Source: an uncultured Verrucomicrobiae bacterium (lineage in GTDB: Bacteria > Verrucomicrobiota > Verrucomicrobiia > Limisphaerales > Palsa-1400). Taken from it: 64,000 nucleotides of DNA. The stretch is taken from the NCBI GenBank assembly GCA_963702845.1, contig OY969763.1, positions 2,208,001 to 2,272,000 of the forward strand, written 5' to 3'. The notes under the pieces were generated by a model. That model was given only the letters and a program-made list of their open reading frames with translations, searched no databases and was not told the DNA's origin. Shown piece by piece: positions 13,354 to 23,490 of the stretch; position 1 is the first letter of the stretch, and each line of letters begins with the position of its first letter. The position numbers were made by a program, and so were the translations under genes.

Positions 13354-13403
13354 AATGGAGCCAGCTGTCGGGATTGAACCGACGACCGACGGTTTACAAA
13401 ACC
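13354..13403. repeat. att core (left), duplicated 3' part of tRNA-Thr
   Basis: aatggagccagctgtcgggattgaaccgacgaccgacggtttacaaaacc is identical to 45833-45882. Confidence 0.95.
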
Positions 13404-13453
13404 AACTACCACAATCAGAAAAGCCTTATTTTACAGCCTTTTTCATTATATAG

Positions 13454-13483
13454 TTTACATTTGCCCAATTATTTGCCCATAAT
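13454..13483 (+). promoter_or_regulatory. Putative integrase promoter containing tandem ATTTGCCCA arm-type sites
   Basis: TTTACA(13454)-N18-CATAAT(13478), 6 nt before the ATG; the 21-mer ATTTGCCCAATTATTTGCCCA recurs at 45689-45709. Confidence 0.6.
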
Positions 13484-13489
13484 GCGCGC

Positions 13490-14824
13490 ATGAAACCACA
13501 TGCAGGCAAATCCAAAACCAAACGGGCCGGCAAAGAACGTTTTCACATCATCCACTTTACCAACCCGAGCGGCGAGAAAGTTTTTCGCCTCGCTGGTTAC
13601 AAATCGGACGGCTCCCGTGTTCGCGAGAACCACAAGACCCACGAAGAGGCCATCGCCCGCAAAGCCGAACTCGACATCGAAGCTGCCAACATCATCACCA
13701 CCACGGCCACGCGCTTGAAAGCCACGCGCCTGACCGACGAGCAAGTCAAAGACGCCGAGCGCGCCTATGCCAAAGCCGGCAAACATCCCCTGCTCTTCAT
13801 TGTCGAATACTTCAATGCCAACTACCGCGAGCCTTTCCGCCAAATCACCGTTTCTGACGCAGTCGAAAAGTTCGTCGCGGACCGCAAAAAACAGAACCGC
13901 CGCCCGGACACGCTGCGCAATCTAAAAGGACGCCTGGGAATGTTCGTTCGCTTCTACGGCAAAAAAAATGTAGCCGAGATTACCACCGAGGATTGCCGCG
14001 ATTTCGTTTTCCGCAATGGCACATCGCCCCGCAATCAGATCAACGACCGCCTTGCAGCCTCAAACTTTCTCAATTGGTGCGTGCAGCGCCAGTATACCAC
14101 CACCAACCTCATGGCCGGCGTGGACAAGCCCGGCGTGGACACCGAGGAGCCATCCGTCCTTTCCGTCGCCGATTGCCGCAGCCTCCTTTCCGCAGCACGC
14201 GACTACAAAGATGGCCACATGCTGCCGTATGTCACCCTATCCTTGTTCGCTGGACTGCGGCCAACCGAAATCGCCCGCGTGACATGGGACCGCATTGACC
14301 TCACCGAAGGCACCATCACCCTGGATGGAAGCATGGCCAAGACTCGCCAACGTCGCATTGTCAAACTGCCAGACAACGCGCTCGAATGGCTGGTGCCGAT
14401 CGCTCCGAAGCGCCAGAAACTCAAGCCCGCCTCATTCAAACGCCACTTCGGCAGGGTCCAAAAAGCCGCTGGATTCGGGAATCAGGAGCTCGAAGAAAAG
14501 AGACAGGCCAAGAAATACGCCAAAGCCGTTGCCAAGGCCAACAAAGCCGGAAGGCCAACGCCGCCAGAGCCCGTGAAAGCCAATGCGCTCCGCCCGTGGA
14601 TTCAAGACTACATGCGGCACACGGCCATCTCGATGTATCTGGCCAAGCACAAACACGAAGGCGAAGCGGCAAGCTGGGCCGGCAACTCGCCCAACGTCAT
14701 TCATTCTCATTACAAGGGCCTTGTCAAAGAAACCGACGCCACCGAGTTTTGGAGCATCACACCGGCCAACGTAAAAAGCGACGTGGCCAAACTACCGACC
14801 GCAACCAAAGCTGCCGCCGCCTAA
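13490..14824 (+). CDS. int: Tyrosine recombinase / phage integrase
   Basis: LSLFAGLRPTEIARVTWDRIDL (box I), AKTRQRR, MRHTAISM, AGNS...HY (box II); adjacent to the att site. Confidence 0.93.
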   Translation: MKPHAGKSKTKRAGKERFHIIHFTNPSGEKVFRLAGYKSDGSRVRENHKTHEEAIARKAELDIEAANIITTTATRLKATRLTDEQVKDAERAYAKAGKHPLLFIVEYFNANYREPFRQITVSDAVEKFVADRKKQNRRPDTLRNLKGRLGMFVRFYGKKNVAEITTEDCRDFVFRNGTSPRNQINDRLAASNFLNWCVQRQYTTTNLMAGVDKPGVDTEEPSVLSVADCRSLLSAARDYKDGHMLPYVTLSLFAGLRPTEIARVTWDRIDLTEGTITLDGSMAKTRQRRIVKLPDNALEWLVPIAPKRQKLKPASFKRHFGRVQKAAGFGNQELEEKRQAKKYAKAVAKANKAGRPTPPEPVKANALRPWIQDYMRHTAISMYLAKHKHEGEAASWAGNSPNVIHSHYKGLVKETDATEFWSITPANVKSDVAKLPTATKAAAA

Positions 14825-14888
14825 CACGCGGCGGTAGGCACGCGCCAGAACGCAACTAAGCAATAAAAACCGCCTCACCGGCAGCCAC

Positions 14889-17800
14889 ATGCAATCGAAT
14901 GATTGTCAAGGCGCATGCCTCGTGCAATCATCGCCTCTTAGCATACAAGCAGTGACAACCGATGCACAAAATCTTCCCATTGGCCAGCAGGTCTCCCTGC
15001 CCGGACATTTCGACGTGCTCGTCACGCTTGAAGCCGCTCGCCCACTGGCCAAGGGGTTCGAGTGCCGCGTCCGCATGCCTAATGGCACGCTTGAGGAAGC
15101 AGTAATCTCAGCCGAGGAAGCGGAGGCTTTATCGGGCACCGCACCAACAGCCAATGCAGCACCCGCATTGGGTGACGCTGACCAACTCCGCCTGCTCGTT
15201 GAATCGGCTCGCATCCGTCTCGCTTACGCTCACGACCGCCACTTCGCCGTCAGCCTGTCCGGCATACGCACATTGCCTCACCAGATCGAGGCGGTCTATC
15301 TGAAGATGCTACCCCAGCCCCGTTTGCGCTTCCTGCTTGCGGACGACCCTGGTGCCGGCAAGACCATCATGGCCGGTTTGCTAATTAAAGAGATGAAGCT
15401 CCGTGAAGCCATTGAGCGCATTTTGATTCTTTGCCCGTCCCCGCTGACCATCCAATGGCAGGACGAAATGCTCCGCTGGTTTGGCGAACCGTTCGACATG
15501 ATTTTTTCAGCGGTGGATCAACAGCAACTCACCAACCCTTGGCAGCGTTCGAACCAGGTCATTGCCTCCATTGACTACGCCAAGCAGGACGACGTCCGTG
15601 AGCGCGTCTGGCAACAGCGATGGGATTTGGTCATCATCGATGAGGCGCACAAATGCAGTGCCTACACAAAAAGCTCCTCCGGGCGTGGTGACGAAGTCTC
15701 CAAGACTAAGCGTTACCAACTGGCTGAACACCTCACGGCCCAACCCGCAGGCCACGTCCTCTTGCTTACAGCAACGCCTCATCATGGCGACGACGACCGC
15801 TTTGCCCATTTTATTCGACTATTAGACCCTGACCTGTTCCCCGAACCCCATCGCCTCGCAGCCAAGTCAGGCGAAATCCGCCGCGACATTCTTCGCTTGG
15901 GGCCCGATTGCCCTTGGGCTTTGCGCCGATTGAAAGAAGACCTTAAAGATATGCAAGGTCGCCGCCTCTTTCCCGACCGCCACGCCCATACACTCGCCTT
16001 TCGCCTTAATCGTGACGAATACGATCTCTACAAAGCGGTCACTGCCTACATCAATGAATTTCTTCCCCAAGCCAGCGGCAGCAAGAAACAAAGTGTTGCG
16101 CTCATTCGCACCGTCCTGCAACGCCGGCTCGCCAGTTCGACGCTGGCCATTTTTGAGTCCATCCGGCGACGTCTCGAAAAACAACAGACTCTTTTGACCG
16201 ACCTTGAAAATCTCCCGCCCGCGCAACGCGCCCGCCGCCTTGCCCAACTACAGGGCCGCCTGACCGATGCCGAGCAGGACGAGGACGACCTTGATGAAGC
16301 GGAGCGCGACCACCTGACCGACGAGTTCACCGTTGCGGTTGAACTTGATCAACTCCGGACCGAAATCGCCGCGCTACAGGAATTACTTTCCCGCGCCCGC
16401 CGTGTGCGCGACCAGGCCGGCGACTCCAAACTCGCCGCCCTTCAGGAGTGTCTCAAGCGCGCCGAGTTCAAGGAACTAACCGATGGGCGTGGCAAGCTCC
16501 TCATCTTTACCGAACACCGCGACACGCTTAGACACTTACGCCAACATCTGGAAACGTGGGGCTACACCGTCACCGAGATTCACGGCGGCATGAACCCGCA
16601 CGAGCGCAAACGGGCTCAGGAGGATTTTCGCACTTCACGTCAGATTTGTGTCGCGACCGAAGCAGCGGGCGAAGGCATCAATCTTCAATTTTGCCGCTTG
16701 ATGATCAACTATGACCTGCCTTGGAACCCAACGCGCTTAGAACAACGGCTTGGCCGCATTCACCGCATTGGGCAGGAACGCGACTGCCATGCCTTCAATT
16801 TCGTCGCGGCTCAATCCGAGGAAGGGCAGGACATCGTGGAGGGAAAAATTCTAACCCGGCTCCTCGAGAAGCTCGAACAAATGCGCGAGGTCTTGGCCGA
16901 CCGCGTCTTCGACGTGATCGGAGAAGTGCTTTCGCTCAACGACGTAAATTTGCCGGAAATGCTGCGCGAAGCTGCCCACGACCCCCGGCGCCTTGAGGAA
17001 TACCTCGACAAAATCGAGCAGGTTGACCCGGCGCGCCTCACCCAATACGAACAGGCCACCGGTATTGCGCTCGCCCGCGCCAACGTGGATTTCTCTGGCT
17101 TCCAGCGCGCCAACGTCGAATCCGAAGAACGCCGCCTGATGCCGCGTTATGTCGAGGAGCAGTTCGTCAAATCATGCGCTGAGCTTGGTCTCAAAATCGA
17201 ACTTCGTGCCGATGGACTTTGGCGGATTGAACACGTCCTGGCCGACTTGCGCTCCGACCGGCTTGAAGCCGTTCGCCGGTTGGGTAAACCCGACGCCGCC
17301 TATCGCAAGCTCACATTCCACAAGGGCGACTTGGACGAGGATCAGCATCTGGACGCCGTCCTGTTTGGGCCTGGCCATCCGCTGTACGCCGCCCTCGATG
17401 AAAAGCTCAATGAGAAGCTGATGCCGCTCGTTGGCGGCATGGCCGTTTATGTGGACGCCAAAACTCAATCTCCCTACCGCGTGCATTTTTTTGAGTTCAG
17501 CATTCGCGGGCAAAACAGCAAAGGCGACACTCAGACACTTTACGCTGAGCTTCTCGCCATTCGCGAGGAACCCAGCGTGCCGCTCGCCGAACGCTTCGCG
17601 ATTGTCCCTGCTGACTGTCTGATCGACTTGGCCGCTCACCCCGCGCCGCCGGAAAGTTTCAGCCCGCTTGCCCCCGGTCCGGCCGCTGATTTCCTGAAAA
17701 GCAGCTATCAAAGCGAACGTCGCCAAGCCTGTCAGGATGAACGGAAGCACTTTGTCGAAGTCTGCCGCGACTACCTGCAGAAATCTTTCAACGCTCGTTT

Positions 17801-18485
17801 GCGCGCGGCTCAGGACCGAGTCATGACTCTTCGCGCCCGCGAAGCGGCTGCACCGGAAGTGGCCGTCGCGCGCCAGCGCGCCGAGAATGACTTGGCTGAC
17901 TTGCAACGCACCCAAAAAGAACGCATGGCAGGCTTGGACCGTCTGGCGATCGCTCGGCATGGCCCCGTCCGGCACATCGCCACCGCCCTCGTTGTCCCGA
18001 CCACCGATGGCCCGCACACAGCGCTTACCGACTTGCTTACCGAGTTGGACCCTGAACTGAATCGCCAATGCGAACTGGCGGCGGAAGATGTAGTTATAGC
18101 TTACGAAACCGCTCGAGGCTGGGATTGTACCCGCGTTGGCCACGAAAAAATCGGCTTCGACATCCGCAGCATGGGCCGGTCCGACCCGCAGACCGGCTAT
18201 CGTGACCCGGTCACTAGCATTCGTCGCATCGAGGTCAAAGGACGGAAACGTGGCGCGACTATCCGCCTTACCACAAACGAATGGTACAAAGCCGTCCAGC
18301 TTGGCGACTCTTATTGGCTTTACGTAGTTTGGGATCCGTTGGGCACACCGGACGCCGAGCCGCTCCGCATCCAAAACCCGGCCAAGTATCTAGACCACGC
18401 CAAGAAGGAAGTCGTGGCAGCCAGGTATTTTGACATTCCCGCCAACGCCATTGAGCAGGCGGCCATAAGGATAAAGGAGCTATGA
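14889..18485 (+). CDS. SNF2-family helicase with C-terminal DUF3883 (NO VEIN-like) nuclease domain
   Basis: LLADDPGAGKT, IIDEAH, LTATPH, TEAAGEGINLQ, EQRLGRIHRIGQ; C-terminal GFDIRS...IEVKGR...LTTNEW...YWLYVV; true start may be slightly downstream. Confidence 0.92.
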   Translation: MQSNDCQGACLVQSSPLSIQAVTTDAQNLPIGQQVSLPGHFDVLVTLEAARPLAKGFECRVRMPNGTLEEAVISAEEAEALSGTAPTANAAPALGDADQLRLLVESARIRLAYAHDRHFAVSLSGIRTLPHQIEAVYLKMLPQPRLRFLLADDPGAGKTIMAGLLIKEMKLREAIERILILCPSPLTIQWQDEMLRWFGEPFDMIFSAVDQQQLTNPWQRSNQVIASIDYAKQDDVRERVWQQRWDLVIIDEAHKCSAYTKSSSGRGDEVSKTKRYQLAEHLTAQPAGHVLLLTATPHHGDDDRFAHFIRLLDPDLFPEPHRLAAKSGEIRRDILRLGPDCPWALRRLKEDLKDMQGRRLFPDRHAHTLAFRLNRDEYDLYKAVTAYINEFLPQASGSKKQSVALIRTVLQRRLASSTLAIFESIRRRLEKQQTLLTDLENLPPAQRARRLAQLQGRLTDAEQDEDDLDEAERDHLTDEFTVAVELDQLRTEIAALQELLSRARRVRDQAGDSKLAALQECLKRAEFKELTDGRGKLLIFTEHRDTLRHLRQHLETWGYTVTEIHGGMNPHERKRAQEDFRTSRQICVATEAAGEGINLQFCRLMINYDLPWNPTRLEQRLGRIHRIGQERDCHAFNFVAAQSEEGQDIVEGKILTRLLEKLEQMREVLADRVFDVIGEVLSLNDVNLPEMLREAAHDPRRLEEYLDKIEQVDPARLTQYEQATGIALARANVDFSGFQRANVESEERRLMPRYVEEQFVKSCAELGLKIELRADGLWRIEHVLADLRSDRLEAVRRLGKPDAAYRKLTFHKGDLDEDQHLDAVLFGPGHPLYAALDEKLNEKLMPLVGGMAVYVDAKTQSPYRVHFFEFSIRGQNSKGDTQTLYAELLAIREEPSVPLAERFAIVPADCLIDLAAHPAPPESFSPLAPGPAADFLKSSYQSERRQACQDERKHFVEVCRDYLQKSFNARLRAAQDRVMTLRAREAAAPEVAVARQRAENDLADLQRTQKERMAGLDRLAIARHGPVRHIATALVVPTTDGPHTALTDLLTELDPELNRQCELAAEDVVIAYETARGWDCTRVGHEKIGFDIRSMGRSDPQTGYRDPVTSIRRIEVKGRKRGATIRLTTNEWYKAVQLGDSYWLYVVWDPLGTPDAEPLRIQNPAKYLDHAKKEVVAARYFDIPANAIEQAAIRIKEL

Positions 18486-19423
18486 ATCTGCCAATCCGAG
18501 CTGACACCCACATCACCGAAAGCGAATCTCGAAAGGTGCTCGCAGCCAAAGCGCCCAAGACTTGGCTGATTCGCGAATTGAACGAACGTGATTATGGAGT
18601 TGATGCCTACATTGAAATTTGTTTGAAGATGGACGAAGTCAATGTGGTCACCGGCGACTTCTTCCTTGCTCAACTTAAAGGCACAGAAACAGCCATCAAA
18701 TGGTTGAACGATACGCCGCCGAGACCCCGCTATTTCACTTTTTCTGGAACCAAGCAGGAAACCGTGAATTACTGGATGCGGCTTGGGGTACCTGTGTTCC
18801 TATTAGTGGTTGAATGCAATACTAACCGGGTATTTTTTGCCAATATCAAAGACCAGGTGCGCTCGCGATATAGCGAATTTTTAGGGCAAGGCAGTTTCGG
18901 CTTCCAGATGATTGAAGCTGCCGAACTCGGAACTTCGAACGGAGATAGGGTCCTGCATTGTGAATATGATCTGGAGAAAAATTTCGCGGAGTTTCAATCA
19001 AAGGCAGTCACCCTACTGTGTAGTTGGCAGAAATACCTCGATTTCATCGAAGCAAAGTCGGGTCTCGACTACCACATGGAAGTTGAGCCGGAAGACGAGC
19101 TTCATTTTATCCATATCTACCGAACGTGTAATTTTCTAGCCGCTTGGCTGGGTATTGAGTGGAATATCCGTCCGGTGAATCAACTTTATATCGACGAGGC
19201 CGCAAATTTTGGCGACATCTACGCGCTGCATAATCATACATTAAACGAGGTGTTGCCGCAGATTAACAAAAAGGTGATCGAAATTCTCCGGGAACTGTTG
19301 AAACTGGTGATGGTCACTGAGCGAGACTATTGGGAAGAACAAAATCCAGTCGTTTCACGGTTATGCTCGAATTTTTGGCATAACCAACATAACTACCCAA
19401 ACATTTTTCCTGACCCTAAATGA
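18482..19423 (+). CDS. DUF4365 domain protein (PD-(D/E)XK nuclease-like)
   Basis: ERDYGVDAYIEI...FLAQLKGT...VNYWMRLGVPVFLLVV; overlaps both neighbours. Confidence 0.78.
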   Translation: MNLPIRADTHITESESRKVLAAKAPKTWLIRELNERDYGVDAYIEICLKMDEVNVVTGDFFLAQLKGTETAIKWLNDTPPRPRYFTFSGTKQETVNYWMRLGVPVFLLVVECNTNRVFFANIKDQVRSRYSEFLGQGSFGFQMIEAAELGTSNGDRVLHCEYDLEKNFAEFQSKAVTLLCSWQKYLDFIEAKSGLDYHMEVEPEDELHFIHIYRTCNFLAAWLGIEWNIRPVNQLYIDEAANFGDIYALHNHTLNEVLPQINKKVIEILRELLKLVMVTERDYWEEQNPVVSRLCSNFWHNQHNYPNIFPDPK

Positions 19424-22407
19424 TCGACGACAAACGCCTCATTGAAGATTACCTGCCGATTGTCGCCATTAGCGCCGAGGCGTCGCGGGAAAAATCCGTC
19501 CGCAAGGGTCACATTTCTACGCTGCATTTGTGGTGGGCGCGGCGTCCGCTCGTCGCCTGCCGCGCCGCTGTCTATGGTGCGCTCGTTCCCGCCTCGCAAT
19601 TCGTACCGAACGGCGGGTCAGACGCGCAAAAGAAATCGCTTGGCCGCGCCAATGCCGCCAAGTTCATCACTGCACTTTGTAAATACCCCGGCTCACCGCA
19701 GGTCATCAAAGAGGCACAGGCGCACATATTGAAGGCACATGCGGAACGGCTTTCTGCGGAACAGGGAAAGAGCGTCAGCGTCGAGGAAATTCTCGCCGGG
19801 CGCGCGCCGCGTCCGCGGGTACTGGATATGTTTGCCGGCGGCGGCGCAATTCCGTTGGAGGCTTTGCGACTTGGTTGCGAAGCCTACGCCAACGACCTTA
19901 ATCCCGTCGCCCACATCATCCAGCTTTGCACGCTCGTCTATCCGCAGAAATTCGGCAAACCCGATCCGACCGCTCGCGGCATGACCGGGCCGAAAGACGA
20001 AAACGGCAAAACGACTTGGGGCGGACTCGCCGAAGAAGTTCGGTATTGGGGGAATTGGGTGCTGGAAAAAGTTCGCGCCGAGATTGGCGATTTGTATCCA
20101 CTCATTCCTGATCCCGATTTTACGCCGCCGAACAAAAGCAAAGGCGGCGATGCCGACAATGCCTTTGCCGAACCGCAGCACGTCATGGGCTTTGCCGATG
20201 ACCCGCAACAGAAGCTCAAAGCGACACGCGGCTTTCTGACGCCGGTGGCCTACCTGTGGACGCGTACGGTGCAATGCAAAAATCCGAATTGCGGCGCGAC
20301 CGTGCCTCTGGTGAAACAAACCTGGCTGTGCAAAAAAAATGGACGCTGCGTCGCGCTCAAAATGGTTGCTCCTAAAGGCGAGAAACGCGTGCGCTTTGAA
20401 GTCGTTGAAGCATCAACAGAACAGGGTTTGGGATTCGACCCGACTGCATTTTCGAAAGCGGGCAACGCAACTTGTCTTTTTTGTGGTGCGGTCGCGGACA
20501 GTGACTATGTGATGGTGCAAGGTTGCTCTTCCGGGTTGAGAGAACAGGCTATGGCGGTTGTCTGTAGCCGACCGGGCAAAACTGGTAAGGTCTATTTGAG
20601 TATTGAGAATGCACAGGAGGCCGTCAGTCCTGACGAAATTTCTTCACGACTTAGGAACTTTTGCGATGAAAATGGGGTCGAAGTTCCCAACGAACCGATC
20701 AGCCCACTGCGCCCTTCGCCAAATGCGCGAGGGTTATCTGGGTTGACCCGCTACGGAGTCAACAATTTCGGAAAACTTTTCAACGCCCGACAACATTTGC
20801 TTCTCCTTTCCCTTTCTTCAGCGGCAAAGAGCGTCGCCTCGGATAGCGAACGATCTGTCGCACTTGGGGCGTACTTAGCTCTCCTCGTTGGAAGGGTTGC
20901 GAATCAGAATTGCGCCTTCACAGTTTACAATACAATTGGGGAAAAGATTGAAGGACCGATGGGTGATAAGAAAGTACCTATGGTATGGGATTACCCGGAA
21001 ACAAATCCTTTTTCTGGTCTAACTGGTGGCGGTGACAACGCGCTCAAATGGATTTTTGAGGTGGTAAAATCTTTGAGCGAAATTACCACCGCCGGAACTG
21101 TCGCAAGGGGAGACGCGACAAAACTTTTATTCGACGACAATATTTTCGACACGATCATAACCGATCCGCCTTATTACGATAATGTTCCTTATGCCGACAT
21201 TTCAGATTTTTTTTACGTCTGGTTCAAAAGATGTGTTGGCCATCTCTTTCCTGAGCATTTTTCGTCGCTACTGACACCCAAAAAAGCAGAAGCCACGGCT
21301 TTGGCGTCGCAACATGGAGGCGACATGTCGAAAGCGACAGGTTCTTACGAGGACAAAATGCTTCTTTCGCTGAAGGAAGCCAACAGGGTTCTCAAATTTG
21401 GCGGTGAACTCGTCGTGGTTTATGCCCACAAGACAACACTGGGTTGGGCCACGCTTGTTGATGCCTTGCGAAAAGCAAACTTTGAAGTTTCTGAAGCTTG
21501 GCCACTCCAGACCGAAATGCCCGCAGGAAAAGTCAAACTTGACAAAGCGATGCTTGCTTCAAGCATTTTTCTTATTGCACGCAAGCGCGGCGGAGAATCC
21601 GTCGGACACGAAGATCAAGTTCGCCCCGAATTGGAATCCATTGTTCGCGAGCGCGTAGAGACGCTTTGGGATATGGGTATTTCCGGTGCGGATTTGGTGA
21701 TTGCCAGTGTCGGAGCGGGCTTGCGCGCGTTCACCCGTTTCGCTCGCGTGGAATATTCTAACGGAGAGGAAGTCCCTGCCGAGCGGTTTCTCACCGAGGT
21801 TGAGACCGTCGTGCTGGAAACCATTCTCGCGCGACTTTCCAAAGAAGTCGGCAGCAAAGGTACCAGCTTGGCCGGCCTTGACTCAGCGACACGTTTTTAC
21901 ATTCTCTGGCGTTACACCTACAAATTCGCTCCACTCGACGCTGGCGAAGCCATCATCTTTGCCAACGGTACCCACGTCGAACTCGACGGCCAAGGCAGCC
22001 TGTCCGCTGGCAGCCATGCCCTCGTTTCCAAAACCAAAGCCAAATACAGCCTCCTTGATTACACTGGGCGCGGCAGTGATGACACAATCGGCCTTCCCAA
22101 AGAGAACGGCGATGCCGCACCGCTCGTTGACGTTTTGCACCGCATGCTCTGGCTCATGGAGAAACGCCCCGCCGAACTTCCCAAGTTTTTGCGCGAAGCG
22201 CAGGTGAACCGCGAACAGTTGCGCCTTGTCGCCCAAGCCCTCGCCGGGCCCGCATTAAAAGGCGGCGAAATGGATGACGTCTCACCCGCTGCCGAACTTT
22301 CCGCCCTCGGCAAACTGATGGCCAACTGGCAAAGTGTCGTGGAAGACGCCGCACAGACGCCGGGCGAGAAGGAAGAACGCAAGAAAGGCCAGAAACAATT
22401 GATCTGA
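19420..22407 (+). CDS. DUF1156 adenine-specific DNA methyltransferase
   Basis: REKSVRKGHISTLHLWWARRPL, LDMFAGGGAIPLEA, Cys-pair zinc ribbon, TDPPYYDNVPYAD. Confidence 0.92.
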   Translation: MIDDKRLIEDYLPIVAISAEASREKSVRKGHISTLHLWWARRPLVACRAAVYGALVPASQFVPNGGSDAQKKSLGRANAAKFITALCKYPGSPQVIKEAQAHILKAHAERLSAEQGKSVSVEEILAGRAPRPRVLDMFAGGGAIPLEALRLGCEAYANDLNPVAHIIQLCTLVYPQKFGKPDPTARGMTGPKDENGKTTWGGLAEEVRYWGNWVLEKVRAEIGDLYPLIPDPDFTPPNKSKGGDADNAFAEPQHVMGFADDPQQKLKATRGFLTPVAYLWTRTVQCKNPNCGATVPLVKQTWLCKKNGRCVALKMVAPKGEKRVRFEVVEASTEQGLGFDPTAFSKAGNATCLFCGAVADSDYVMVQGCSSGLREQAMAVVCSRPGKTGKVYLSIENAQEAVSPDEISSRLRNFCDENGVEVPNEPISPLRPSPNARGLSGLTRYGVNNFGKLFNARQHLLLLSLSSAAKSVASDSERSVALGAYLALLVGRVANQNCAFTVYNTIGEKIEGPMGDKKVPMVWDYPETNPFSGLTGGGDNALKWIFEVVKSLSEITTAGTVARGDATKLLFDDNIFDTIITDPPYYDNVPYADISDFFYVWFKRCVGHLFPEHFSSLLTPKKAEATALASQHGGDMSKATGSYEDKMLLSLKEANRVLKFGGELVVVYAHKTTLGWATLVDALRKANFEVSEAWPLQTEMPAGKVKLDKAMLASSIFLIARKRGGESVGHEDQVRPELESIVRERVETLWDMGISGADLVIASVGAGLRAFTRFARVEYSNGEEVPAERFLTEVETVVLETILARLSKEVGSKGTSLAGLDSATRFYILWRYTYKFAPLDAGEAIIFANGTHVELDGQGSLSAGSHALVSKTKAKYSLLDYTGRGSDDTIGLPKENGDAAPLVDVLHRMLWLMEKRPAELPKFLREAQVNREQLRLVAQALAGPALKGGEMDDVSPAAELSALGKLMANWQSVVEDAAQTPGEKEERKKGQKQLI

Positions 22408-22408
22408 T

Positions 22409-23475
22409 ATGAGCGCCGCACCGAGAAAGAAAACCACCGGAACTCCCGCCGCAGCGGGCGACCAACCGCAAACGGATTTAATGTTCTATCAAGCCGAGGA
22501 CGGCAAGACCAAGATTGACGTGCGTTTGCAAAACGACACTGTCTGGCTGTCGCAGAAACAGATGTCGGAGTTGTTCCAAAAAGACGTCCGCACTGTCAAC
22601 GAGCACATTCAAAACGTATTTGAGGAGAAGGAGTTACCCGAAAAATCAGTTATCCGGAATTTCCGGATAACTGCCGCCGACGGCAAACTCTACGAAACCA
22701 TGCACTATAACCTGGATGTCGTCATTTCTGTCGGCTACCGGGTAAAATCCCATCGCGGCACTCAGTTCCGCATCTGGGCCACACAGCGGTTGCGCGAATA
22801 CATCGTCAAAGGCTTTGCGCTCGACGATGAACGCCTGAAAAAAGGCGGCGGTGACCATTTCGACGAGTTGCTGGAGAGAATCCGCGAATCCGCTCGTCGG
22901 AAAAGAACTTTTACCAAAAGATCAAAGATATCTACGCGACCAGCGAGGATTACGACGCACACTCAGAAGTCACCGTAGATTTTTTCTCCATCGCTCAAAA
23001 CAAAATCCATTGGGCGATCCACGGCCACACCGCCGCCGAACTCATCGCTTCGCGAGCTGATTCGACCAAACCAAATATGGGATTGACCGCTTGGAGCGGC
23101 GCGAAGGTCCGCAAACACGATGTCCATGTCGCCAAAAATTATCTTACCAAGGAAGAAATGGAACTTCTGAATCTGATCGTAACTCAATATCTGGACTTTG
23201 CTGAGTTCCAAGCCCGGACCAGAAAGACGATGTATATGCGCGATTGGGCCAGAAAACTTGACGATTTTTTGCGCCTCAACGACCGGGAAGTTCTGAACGG
23301 CCTCGGCAAAATCTCCGCCCAACTCGCCAAAGAAAAAGCCGACCGGCAATTCGACAAGTTTGACCAGCAACGGCGCGAGCTTGAGGACGCGCTAGCAGCC
23401 GAGGAGTTCGCCAGAGAAGTCTCCGAACTTGAAAGTAAAACAAAGCAAATTGCGGAGCCGCCGCCCGAGGATTAA
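22409..23475 (+). CDS. RhuM/virulence family DNA-binding protein, frameshifted near 22886
   Basis: TVWLSQKQMSELF, YNLDVVISVGYRVKSHRGTQFRIWAT; continues in another frame as IRSSEKNFYQKIKDIYATS...MGLTAW...AKNYL. Confidence 0.85.
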
Positions 23476-23490
23476 CAGCCAACCAAAACC

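Noticed and set aside
13356..13403. Second tRNA-Thr gene
   Set aside because: Only the 3' 48 nt are present, with no D-arm or 5' acceptor strand; it is the att duplication.
12825..13412. 195-aa version of the GreA-like ORF
   Set aside because: The N-terminal extension reads through the att/tRNA fragment; MKKRR at 13304 is the more plausible start.
13490..14824. The element's integrase as the integron integrase (IntI) for the cassettes
   Set aside because: It has a long phage-type N-terminal region, sits at the tRNA att site about 20 kb from the cassettes, and lacks recognisable IntI motifs. Its Lys/Ala-rich insertion lies just before box II. An intI HMM search would settle this.
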